Part shown: positions 8,777-17,531 of the stretch, one piece after another
Layout: each line of letters begins with the position of its first letter
Numbering within the stretch: position 1 is the first letter of the stretch
From: Calditrichia bacterium
GTDB lineage: Bacteria > Calditrichota > Calditrichia > RBG-13-44-9 > J075
Length of the DNA: 42,741 bases
Direction of reading: 5' to 3'
Assembly (NCBI GenBank): GCA_050633245.1
Contig: JBOEGD010000034.1
Span: 1-42,741 of the forward strand
The notes under the pieces: generated by a model
Told to the model about the DNA's origin: nothing
Database searches by the model: none
Seen by the model: only the letters and a program-made list of their open reading frames with translations
Position numbers and translations under genes: made by a program

Positions 8777-8948
8777 GAGTCTGACATGACGAGCAAAGCT
8801 ATGATTTAGAACCTGCAACAGGACGCTTCAATCAAATATCTGGTGATATAAATGAAATCGCTGGGCAGTCGTAGATTTACGTCGTCTGATTAATAGAGAC
8901 AGGTCTTGCGGGTTTTTCTTACAGGAAGGATTTTTTTGGGAGGTAAAC

Positions 8949-8982
8949 AAAAAGCGGCTACCTCGCAAGGCGAAGTAGCCGC
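8949..8982 (-). terminator. Intrinsic terminator of galE
   Basis: GCGGCTAC...GTAGCCGC stem (8954-8982) with an inner TCGC/GCGA pair, preceded on + by AAAAA. Confidence 0.8.
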
Positions 8983-9011
8983 AATAAATATCATAAAAAG
9001 CCGAAACTGAT

Positions 9012-10049
9012 TTACTGTTCTACCGCTTCTGTCTCACGGCAATATTTCTCCCATTTCCAGGCAGAACGGACCATTTCCTCAAGCCCCAGCTTTGCCGTCC
9101 AACCAAGCTTTTTATTCGCCAAAGCAGGATCGGCATAAATATTCTCTACATCACCTTCACGGCGATCAACCAGCTGATACTTCAGCTCAACGCCAGATTC
9201 TTTTTCGAAGGCTTTTATAACCTCCAGAACGCTGTAGCCGCTCCCGGTTCCAAGGTTAAACACCTCGTATCGCTCTTCATTCTTGCCTTCAATCAGGCGC
9301 TCTAGCGCAACCAGGTGCGCATCAACCAAATCGACGACGTGAATATAATCGCGAATACAGGTGCCATCAGGCGTATTGTAATCCGATCCAAACACGCTAA
9401 GCTGCTCACGTAATCCAATTCCTGTTTGGGTTATAAACGGCAACAGATTGTTTGGAACACCTAGCGGGAACTCCCCGATCAGCGCGCTTTCATGTGCACC
9501 AACCGGGTTAAAGTATCTTAGTGAAATGGCATTCAGCTTCTCATTCGCATGAACCGTCTCGCGGATAATTTCTTCGCAAATCTGCTTGGTATTTCCATAG
9601 GGAGAATTGGCCGGTAAAATGGGCGTTTCTTCGGTTACGGGCAGGTCATCGGGCTGACCATACACAGTGGCAGAAGATGAAAAGATCAGCGCCGGCACAT
9701 CTTCAGCCAGCATGCCTTCCATAACATTGATTAAGCCCTGCAGATTATTACGATAATACATCAACGGATTGGCAACCGACTCACCAACGGCTTTCGATGC
9801 CGCAAAGTGAATAACAGCAGCAATACCAGTATGGCTGGCAAAAAAATCAGCAGTTGCCGCTGTATCCTGTAGATCCAGCTTTACAAACTCAGGACGCTTT
9901 CCGGTAATCTTTTCAACGCCATCGAGCGACTCCAAACGAGAGTTTGACAAGTTATCGACAACGATTACTTCATAATTATTTTCTAAAAGCTGCACTACGG
10001 CATGAGAGCCAATATAGCCTGCTCCACCCGTTACCAGAATTTTTTTCAT
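9012..10049 (-). CDS. galE: UDP-glucose 4-epimerase
   Basis: ILVTGGAGYIGSH, HFAASKAVGES, FSSSATVYG, YGNTK, LRYFNPVGAH and DGTCIRDYIHVVDL motifs. Confidence 0.97.
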   Translation of the reverse strand: MKKILVTGGAGYIGSHAVVQLLENNYEVIVVDNLSNSRLESLDGVEKITGKRPEFVKLDLQDTAATADFFASHTGIAAVIHFAASKAVGESVANPLMYYRNNLQGLINVMEGMLAEDVPALIFSSSATVYGQPDDLPVTEETPILPANSPYGNTKQICEEIIRETVHANEKLNAISLRYFNPVGAHESALIGEFPLGVPNNLLPFITQTGIGLREQLSVFGSDYNTPDGTCIRDYIHVVDLVDAHLVALERLIEGKNEERYEVFNLGTGSGYSVLEVIKAFEKESGVELKYQLVDRREGDVENIYADPALANKKLGWTAKLGLEEMVRSAWKWEKYCRETEAVEQ

Positions 10050-10175
10050 AGTGTCTCTCTTGAGATTAGCATGTCTGTTCAGTGATTAATTGCAATAGGT
10101 ATATTTCCGGCAGTTATTGGAATATACTTTGCAATTTACTGAAAATTGTGACCTGTAACGGCCAACTAAAGAATG

Positions 10176-10781
10176 TTATTGCGATGTTTTATTGTTCTTA
10201 GTAACAGCTGCATATTCTTCCGGCGTATCAATATCAAGCAAGATGTGCTTGCAAGACACATCGCAGTAATTTATCCGCTGTTTATTCTTTCTAATGATTT
10301 CCTTGCAGCCATTCGGCTCTTTGTGCACCAGGATGTCTTCACGATAGGCTGCCCCCAAAACCACGGGGTGCCCACGTTGCTCATCTACCATGGGCAGAAC
10401 AATCGCAGTATCAGATTGCTGGTCGGCAAAGCAATCAGCAACCTCAGAATAAACATCTGCCGGAATACCCGGAAGGTCGCCCAGACAAATCATATAGCCA
10501 ACAGAAGACTTAGACGCTGCTCGCACACCACATTGAATGCTACTGGTCATTCCCTGCTTAAAGTTCGCGTTGTGAATCAAGTGAACATCATATCGATTGA
10601 GAAGCTCTGTTACTCTCTCGCTTTCATACCCGGTTACGGCCACTATCTCATCGACATTGGAAGCCAGTAATTCACGAACCACCACATCCAATATCACGCT
10701 TCCCTCATAAGGCAGCAGTAATTTATTCTCAACGCCCATTCGCAGGGATTCTCCTGCTGCAAGTAATACGGCAGTTATCAT
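10176..10781 (-). CDS. mocA: Molybdenum cofactor cytidylyltransferase-like nucleotidyltransferase (MobA/MocA family)
   Basis: LLAAGESLRMG..NKLLL, GMTSSI, LGDLP, GHPV and DIDTPEEY motifs; overlaps xdhC by 4 bp. Confidence 0.85.
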   Translation of the reverse strand: MITAVLLAAGESLRMGVENKLLLPYEGSVILDVVVRELLASNVDEIVAVTGYESERVTELLNRYDVHLIHNANFKQGMTSSIQCGVRAASKSSVGYMICLGDLPGIPADVYSEVADCFADQQSDTAIVLPMVDEQRGHPVVLGAAYREDILVHKEPNGCKEIIRKNKQRINYCDVSCKHILLDIDTPEEYAAVTKNNKTSQ

Positions 10782-11893
10782 GATATTGTCGCTTTCCTAA
10801 CGTGAATCGCCCCCTGTCGATTCTTTAAGAATCCACCATTGCGTTGTCTTAAGACACTCAAAACTTCCGCGACAATCGAAACGGCAATTTCCCCTGCAGT
10901 CTCTGCCCCGATATCTAAACCAATGGGGCTGAAATATCTCGCAATCTTTTCATCGCTCACCTCAAGCCCCTCATTTATCGCCTCTTCAAGCAAGCGTTTT
11001 CCCCGTTTTTTTGGCCCCAAGAAGCCGATATAGCTGACATCAGATGGAAGCAACAGCCGTAGAATCTCTTTGTCCAGCAAAAAGTTGTGAGTCATTATAA
11101 CGCAGGCCACCTGTGGGCTTAATATCGATTTTAGGCTTTCTCCCTGATTCTCCCAAACACGAACCGATTGTGCTGTTGGAAATTTGCCAGAGTCCGCCAG
11201 GGATGGTTTCGTTGAAATAACATGCGTCGCCCAACCCAACTCAGAGACAACCCGCAACACATGCGGCACATCATGTCCATCTCCAAAAAGCAAGAGCTGT
11301 TGATGTGACTGCACATATTCACATAAAACCTCTAGCTGTAAATCGTCTTTTTGCAGACGCTGTACAGAAGAACGTTTGGATTTAAGAGCACTCCTTAACT
11401 CATCATCAAAAAGATTCACAAGTTTATCTGAAGAACAGAGGCTTTTCTGGCCGTCCCAAAGGCATCTTCCGGCAAGCAAACCTTCACGATTGCTGCGAAA
11501 AACAGTGAAAAGGACGAATGGTTTCTGTAGTTCCATTAAGAGTCGCATACGTAAAAAGATGCTGCTTTCTGCAGGTCGATCTATCAACACGGTCGTCTTC
11601 CCGCCACAGCCCATTCCCGTTCCCCAATAGATATCTTCTTCAGAGGTCGTATCGTAAGTTTTCAAAAGAGGTTTATCTGTAGAGCCCATCTTCGCTGCGG
11701 AGGTGCAGACATCTCCTTCAAGACATCCGCCGCTGATTGTTCCCAAAACCTCGCTCGAATTCCAAACCAGAATACGGGCTCCGATATCCCGATAGGTCGA
11801 GCCTTCGGCATTTACAAGCGTTGCTAACTGATAAGGAGTTTGAGACTCCTCCAGCTCGGTAATCTTATCAAGTATGGCAATTAATTCATTCAT
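10778..11893 (-). CDS. xdhC: XdhC/CoxI family molybdoenzyme maturation factor
   Basis: GSTYRDIGAR, GTISGGCLEGD, GMGCGG, MTHNF..D, YIGFLGP and PIGLDIGAETAGEIAVSI motifs. Start is ATG 11893 or 11899 rather than 11959. Confidence 0.92.
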   Translation of the reverse strand: MNELIAILDKITELEESQTPYQLATLVNAEGSTYRDIGARILVWNSSEVLGTISGGCLEGDVCTSAAKMGSTDKPLLKTYDTTSEEDIYWGTGMGCGGKTTVLIDRPAESSIFLRMRLLMELQKPFVLFTVFRSNREGLLAGRCLWDGQKSLCSSDKLVNLFDDELRSALKSKRSSVQRLQKDDLQLEVLCEYVQSHQQLLLFGDGHDVPHVLRVVSELGWATHVISTKPSLADSGKFPTAQSVRVWENQGESLKSILSPQVACVIMTHNFLLDKEILRLLLPSDVSYIGFLGPKKRGKRLLEEAINEGLEVSDEKIARYFSPIGLDIGAETAGEIAVSIVAEVLSVLRQRNGGFLKNRQGAIHVRKATIS

Positions 11894-12041
11894 AAACATT
11901 CCTGTTCCATTTTCTGGTATAAGATACACAGGGAATATTACCAGTGCAATCTGGCACAAGGAAAATAACGGTCAACTAAATCATTGAACCTTTTATGTGG
12001 TTAGATTATCTTAGTATATACTTAACGATCGGGATAGGATT

Positions 12042-13901
12042 ATGGGTAACTTAAATGTTGAAGCAGCATTCGACTCGAAGAAGAGCAGATATTTTTTACA
12101 GGATGTTTTGAATGACCTCGAAGCATTGAATATTCTCATCAGCGAGGGATATTTAGAGACGGGAATTCAACGAATTGGAGCAGAGCAGGAACTCTGTTTA
12201 ATCGATAAACATCTCAGACCGGCTCCTATTCTGACCAGCCTGCTAGACAAAATAGAAGATGAACATTTCACCACCGAACTTGCCCGCTTCAATATCGAGA
12301 TGAACCTGGATCCGCTTGAGTTTAAAGGCGATTGCTTTCGCAGATTAAAAAACCAGCTTGAAGAGATGTTAGCAAGGCTAAGCTCCGCATGCCGGGACCA
12401 TGAAGCTGATTTCTGCATGACCGGAATTTTACCCACTATTCGCAATCACGATTTATCTCTGAGTAACCTCACGCCGCTTCAGCGTTATCAGGGATTGTTC
12501 AAAAAACTTCGTGATATGCGTGGTGGCGGATTCGACTATCATATTCGCGGCGCCGATCTACTCCGCATATCACATACTTACCCAACGTTTGAGTTTTGCA
12601 ATACGTCGTTTCAAGTTCACTTTCAGCCTTATCCCGAGCGGTTTGTTGAGTCATATAACGTCGCGAGGCTGATTAGCGCCCCTGTTCTTGCTGCTGCGGT
12701 AAACTCGCCCCTGCTTCTCGGAAAACGGCTTTGGGCCGAAACGCGGATCGCGCTTTTTCAACAATCTATCGACTCACGCCGCCGCCTGGAACAACTAAAG
12801 GAGATTAGCGGACGTGTTTCCTTCTCTCGTCATTGGACGCACAATATTCTTGAAGACTTCAAAGATGATATTTCCCGGTTTCGCCCACTTCTCTATGCAG
12901 AGCATACCGAGAATTCTCTGGATATGCTTAGTCGAGGCAAGATGCCAAAACTGGCGGCACTGCAAATTTTTAATGGCACAATCTATCGCTGGAACCGCGC
13001 GTGTTATGGTGTTGGCAACGGCAAGCCTCATTTGCGTATCGAAAACCGCTACCTCCCTTCCGGTCCTACTGTCGATGATGAAATTGCAAATACCGCATTT
13101 TGGATTGGCATTATGAACGGCTTCGATGAGCGCTACGAGAATCTGCATGACAAGATTATTTTTGATAATGTGATGGACAATTTTACGCGAGCCGCGCGTA
13201 GTGGGCTGGATAGCAGCTTCCACTGGCTTAACAAGCGCAGCATTACTGCAAGAGATTTGATTCTGGATGAACTGCTTCCTGTCGCACATGCCGGCCTTAA
13301 TAAAGCTGGTGTGAATAAAGAAGACTCCGATTTCTTTCTGTCAATAATTCGAGAGCGCGTCAGCTCCGGGAAAACCGGGGCATACTGGCAGTCGGCTAAT
13401 TTTACAAAACTAAAGGAGACCATTTCTGCAGAAGATGCTCTTCTTTGTGTAACCCGCAGTATGGTCGAGCATCAGAAAGAAGGTAAGCCCGTACACGAGT
13501 GGCCTGATATTAGTGAAACGCCCGCGGTGAAAAAAGATATTGAATTACTGCATGTCGGTCAAATAATGACAACCGATTTATTTACTCTGGATGAAGAAGC
13601 CTCAATTTCACTGGCAGTGCATATTATGAAGTGGAAAGGCATTCACCACATTCCGATCGAGGACAAAAATGGTTACCTGTGTGGCATGCTGGTAGCAGAT
13701 GAGCTGATGTCGATGATGAACATGACTCCAACGCGGCCCGTTCGGGAGGTAATGCAAATTGCCCCCATAACCGTTATGCCGGAGACTGAAATAAATGTCG
13801 CAAAGACCCTGTTGAATAACAGCCATCAAAATTATCTACCTGTTGTAAAGAATGGAACGCTGGTTGGAATAATAACAGAAGATGACTTGAAAACGAGCTA
13901 A
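12042..13901 (+). CDS. Glutamate-cysteine ligase family 2 (GCS2)-like protein with C-terminal CBS pair
   Basis: IGAEQELCL, TTELARFNIE, NTSFQVH, NSPLLLGKRLWAETRI, GTIYRWNR and HLRIENRYLPSGPT motifs; CBS motifs VGQIMT and LPVV...LVGIIT. Confidence 0.85.
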   Translation: MGNLNVEAAFDSKKSRYFLQDVLNDLEALNILISEGYLETGIQRIGAEQELCLIDKHLRPAPILTSLLDKIEDEHFTTELARFNIEMNLDPLEFKGDCFRRLKNQLEEMLARLSSACRDHEADFCMTGILPTIRNHDLSLSNLTPLQRYQGLFKKLRDMRGGGFDYHIRGADLLRISHTYPTFEFCNTSFQVHFQPYPERFVESYNVARLISAPVLAAAVNSPLLLGKRLWAETRIALFQQSIDSRRRLEQLKEISGRVSFSRHWTHNILEDFKDDISRFRPLLYAEHTENSLDMLSRGKMPKLAALQIFNGTIYRWNRACYGVGNGKPHLRIENRYLPSGPTVDDEIANTAFWIGIMNGFDERYENLHDKIIFDNVMDNFTRAARSGLDSSFHWLNKRSITARDLILDELLPVAHAGLNKAGVNKEDSDFFLSIIRERVSSGKTGAYWQSANFTKLKETISAEDALLCVTRSMVEHQKEGKPVHEWPDISETPAVKKDIELLHVGQIMTTDLFTLDEEASISLAVHIMKWKGIHHIPIEDKNGYLCGMLVADELMSMMNMTPTRPVREVMQIAPITVMPETEINVAKTLLNNSHQNYLPVVKNGTLVGIITEDDLKTS

Positions 13902-13912
13902 GAGAAAACGAC

Positions 13913-14794
13913 ATGCAGCATTACTGGGACATATTTTTGAATGGTTATTCAGGCTATGCCAATTATCTTTATTCCGAAGTTCTTAACCCACATTGGCACA
14001 ACTATTTCTATTGGCTTCTCGGCGTTTCTGCACTGTTTTTTCTTCTTGAAATTGCACGTCCCTGGAGAAAAGATCAACCCTCATTCCGACAAGATTTTTG
14101 GCTTGATTTCTTTTATATGTTCTTCAACTTTTTCCTGTTTTCTCTGATAATATATAACGCAGCATCGGATGTCGTTGTGAACCTGTTCCGGGATGGCCTC
14201 GCTCTGGTCGGTATTCGCAATCTGGTCGCACTAGAGATCGGATCGTGGCCGGTCTGGCTGCAGCTATTTAGTCTTTTTATTGTGCGGGATTTTATTCAAT
14301 GGAATACACACCGGCTGCTGCATCGCGTTAATTTTTTGTGGGAATTTCATAAAGTGCACCATTCCGTGGCTGAAATGGGTTTTGCCGCACACTTGCGTTA
14401 TCACTGGATGGAAAATATTGTTTATCGCGCTCTCGAGTATTTACCACTAGCCATGATTGGCTTTGGCATTGATGACTTTTTTATAGTCCATATTTTTACG
14501 CTGGCTGTCGGACATTTTAATCACTCAAACCTACAGGTTCCACTTGGTCCGCTTAAATATATCTTCAATAATCCGCAAATGCATATTTGGCATCATGCGA
14601 AACATTTACCCGATGAGCATCGCTATGGGGTAAACTTCGGTCTAACGCTTAGCGTGTGGGATTATCTTTTTGGCAAGGCATATATTCCCCATAGCGGTCG
14701 TGATATTGAACTCGGCTTTGACGAGGTCGAGTCATTTCCGAAGGACTTTATTGGGCAAAACCTACATGGGTTTAAACCTGATAAAAAACCTTAG
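13913..14794 (+). CDS. Sterol desaturase / fatty acid hydroxylase family membrane protein
   Basis: His boxes HRLLH, HKVHHS, HFNHSN and HIWHH; NFG...WDYLFG; several TM helices. Confidence 0.92.
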   Translation: MQHYWDIFLNGYSGYANYLYSEVLNPHWHNYFYWLLGVSALFFLLEIARPWRKDQPSFRQDFWLDFFYMFFNFFLFSLIIYNAASDVVVNLFRDGLALVGIRNLVALEIGSWPVWLQLFSLFIVRDFIQWNTHRLLHRVNFLWEFHKVHHSVAEMGFAAHLRYHWMENIVYRALEYLPLAMIGFGIDDFFIVHIFTLAVGHFNHSNLQVPLGPLKYIFNNPQMHIWHHAKHLPDEHRYGVNFGLTLSVWDYLFGKAYIPHSGRDIELGFDEVESFPKDFIGQNLHGFKPDKKP

Positions 14795-14834
14795 TTTTTA
14801 GACGTCAATCTACACGATAAAAAAAGACTTACGA

Positions 14835-15275
14835 CTAAATTATATCAGCAAGCTCAGAAAGACTATTCAGACAGCGTGCTCCATTCGATTCCAGAATTGC
14901 ACGAATCTCACTTAGTTCGGCATACCGTCTGGGATCGTGCATCCACTCATTTCCAGCACTCAGAAAACAAACAATTGTTTTTTCCGGTCGTTTGTTACTC
15001 TCGTTTACTGCATTCGCAAGATCAAAAGTAGACAGCGCGGATGGGGTTATAACAAATACGATAGCATCGGCATGCTCCTTTTCAAAAGCATCATGTTGTG
15101 CGTTCACCAATCCCCTACCTGAAGATTCTGCAATAACGACATTGTCTGTAAGCAAACGTTTGATAGTACTCCGCCAATTACCGTAGTCCCCTCTGCCGGC
15201 AACAAATACGGTTTTGATGCATTTCGTATCTGATTTTACAGGGTAAGCAGACAAATTAGTATAATCCGTATTCAT
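14835..15275 (-). CDS. Nucleoside 2-deoxyribosyltransferase-like (Nuc_deoxyri_tr2-type) small protein, divergent
   Basis: VFVAG...NWR, DAIVFVITP and ESNKRPEKTIVCFL resemble this family (recalled, not searched). Confidence 0.6.
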   Translation of the reverse strand: MNTDYTNLSAYPVKSDTKCIKTVFVAGRGDYGNWRSTIKRLLTDNVVIAESSGRGLVNAQHDAFEKEHADAIVFVITPSALSTFDLANAVNESNKRPEKTIVCFLSAGNEWMHDPRRYAELSEIRAILESNGARCLNSLSELADII

Positions 15276-15288
15276 AATTTTTTCCTTT

Positions 15289-15345
15289 GTGTAATTTCTA
15301 CACTTACTATAAGTGTATATTCTACACTTTTATGGTAAAAGTCAA
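15289..15345 (-). promoter_or_regulatory. Tandem palindromic operator overlapping a probable promoter of 14835..15275
   Basis: GTGTAatttcTACACTT (15289-15305) and GTGTAtattcTACACTT (15313-15329). The minus strand has TTGACT (15345-15340) and TAGAAT (15324-15319) with a short 15-nt spacer. Confidence 0.6.
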
Positions 15346-15481
15346 GGAAAAAATTCAGTAATCTATAAATAATGAGGGTCAATCAGATGATAAGTCTAAG
15401 TGGAAAGATGGCTGGAATGGTTTTTTAGGATCGATAAGCCATCGTGAATTCGGAATGATAAAACCTGCAAAAATTAGATCA

Positions 15482-17443
15482 TTATTTAATATTCTCGGCG
15501 AAATTTACATAAAAATCCAGTGTTTCGGGATTACGCATCGCATCTGGATTGGCTGCGCGGTCGATTGGTATTCCCATAAGAATCTTCTTTACCGGTGCCT
15601 CCAGCTTCTTTCCACTAATAGTATAGGGAATATCGGACACCGGAATAATTTCATCCGGGACATGACGTGGTGAGTAGGTGCTACGCAGGGTTTTCTTAAC
15701 AAGATTAATTAAATTTTCATTTAGTTCACAACCATGTGTCAATTTTACAAAAAGAGGCATATAGTGTCTTCCTCCCGAGAGCTCGAGATTTACAATCAGG
15801 CTGTCCTGAATTTCCGCGATGGAGTTTAATGCACGGTAAATCTCTGCCGTGCCGATTCGAATGCCATGCCTGTTAAGAGTTGCATCAGAACGTCCCAAAA
15901 TTAAAAGGGTATTTCTGGGTGTCACTTTCAGCCAATCGCCATGCCGCCAAATACCGCGGTACATCTCAAAATAACTAGCCAAATACCGCGTTTTCCCGGG
16001 ATCATTCCAAAAATATATCGGCATAGATGGCATAGGCTTGGTAATTACCATCTCCCCTACCTCATCCACAACCGGCTCAGCAGATTCGTCGAATGCATAC
16101 ATGCTGCAACCCAGGGTACGGCACTGAATTTCTCCAACATAAACCGGCTCGAGCGGACATCCACCAACGAAAGCCGTGCAGACATCTGTTCCACCGCTCA
16201 TGGAGCAAAGCCACAAGTCGTGATTTACATTCTCATATACCCAACTAAAAGCTTCAGGCGGTAATGGAGCACCTGTCGACCCGATTGACCGAAGTGCACT
16301 AAGGTCAAAATCATCTTTGGGTGAAATACCGGCTTTCATACATGCGACTAAAAACGGTGCGCTGGTTCCAAAATGATGAATGCCCACTTCTTCAGCAAAT
16401 TGCCACATGAAGTTGATGTCAGGATAGTTTGGGCTGCCATCATACAGCACAATTGTGGCTCCTGCCAGCAGCGTTGCCTGCACGAAATTCCACATCATCC
16501 AACCGGTGGTTGAATACCAGAAAAAACGCTCACCCGGGTGCACATCATTGTGAAACGCGACGTAGCGCAGGTGTTCTAACAATACGCCTCCCTGGGAATG
16601 GGTTATCGCTTTGGGAATTCCGGTCGTGCCACTGGAATATAGTATCCAGATGGGATGATCAAATGGAACCGCCAGAAACTCCAACTTTTGTGCCGGAGTT
16701 GAAAGGGCCTCAGACCATGCCGTGCAACTTTTGAAACGTGACGCTTCAATTGTTTTATCAAGAAATGGGATAAGAAGTGTGCCTTCAAGGGTGCTTAGTT
16801 TCAATATTAACTCGTCGACAACGGCCGACTTATCAAATCCCTTACCGCCATAGCGATACCCGTCTACTGTGATCAGAAGTTTAGGTTCAATTTGCTGAAA
16901 CCTGTCGACCACGCTATCAGCCCCAAAATCCGGAGAACAGCTAGACCAAACGGCACCAAGCGAACATGTCGCCAGAAATGCGATCGTCGCCTCAGGGATA
17001 TTTGGTAAATATGCGACGACACGATCGCCCTTACCAATTCCCTGCTCCCTTAACCAGGCCTGAAATGCTGCAACCCGCTCTTCCAGTTCATCCCAACTTA
17101 GTTCGCCAAGAGGCTCCGCTTCAGATTGGAATATAATGGCAGGTCTCTTTGCGCTACTCATCCGAAAAATATGTTCTGCATAATTTAGCGTCGCTCCTTC
17201 AAACCATCGTGTATTTGGCATCGGGTCATCTGTATGCACATTGCTCGGGGCTGAATGTGAGATAATTTCAAAATAATCCCAAATCATCTGCCAAAAAAGC
17301 TTGGTGTCATCAACAGACCATTCCCACAGCTCATGGTAGGATTGAAAGATTAACTGATGTTTTTCGGACAGCCACTGCATAAAATGATTGAGTCTTGAAT
17401 TCTGCTTAAAAGTTGCTGAAGGGGACCAGAGAGGTGGTGTCAT
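15482..17443 (-). CDS. Acetoacetate--CoA ligase
   Basis: PLWSPS, WFEGATLNYAE, SSCSPDFG, YSSGTTGIPKAI, TTGWMMWN, SGGTD, WRHGDW, GRSDATLN and SGKKLE motifs; probable ATG at 17443. Confidence 0.95.
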   Translation of the reverse strand: MTPPLWSPSATFKQNSRLNHFMQWLSEKHQLIFQSYHELWEWSVDDTKLFWQMIWDYFEIISHSAPSNVHTDDPMPNTRWFEGATLNYAEHIFRMSSAKRPAIIFQSEAEPLGELSWDELEERVAAFQAWLREQGIGKGDRVVAYLPNIPEATIAFLATCSLGAVWSSCSPDFGADSVVDRFQQIEPKLLITVDGYRYGGKGFDKSAVVDELILKLSTLEGTLLIPFLDKTIEASRFKSCTAWSEALSTPAQKLEFLAVPFDHPIWILYSSGTTGIPKAITHSQGGVLLEHLRYVAFHNDVHPGERFFWYSTTGWMMWNFVQATLLAGATIVLYDGSPNYPDINFMWQFAEEVGIHHFGTSAPFLVACMKAGISPKDDFDLSALRSIGSTGAPLPPEAFSWVYENVNHDLWLCSMSGGTDVCTAFVGGCPLEPVYVGEIQCRTLGCSMYAFDESAEPVVDEVGEMVITKPMPSMPIYFWNDPGKTRYLASYFEMYRGIWRHGDWLKVTPRNTLLILGRSDATLNRHGIRIGTAEIYRALNSIAEIQDSLIVNLELSGGRHYMPLFVKLTHGCELNENLINLVKKTLRSTYSPRHVPDEIIPVSDIPYTISGKKLEAPVKKILMGIPIDRAANPDAMRNPETLDFYVNFAENIK

Positions 17444-17531
17444 AAGGCATCCGATAAATGATAAAGTTGGCGGCAAATGCTCCGAAGCTATATATACAGA
17501 TGGAATGACCGTAATTCAAGGATGAAATCAG

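Noticed and set aside
8790-8810. Sigma54 or Bacteroidota-type promoter for the RNA/slipin unit (minus strand AATCATAGCTTTGCT)
   Set aside because: It lacks the -24 GG. It matches TAnnTTTG, but no properly spaced -33 element is visible, so I left it uncalled.
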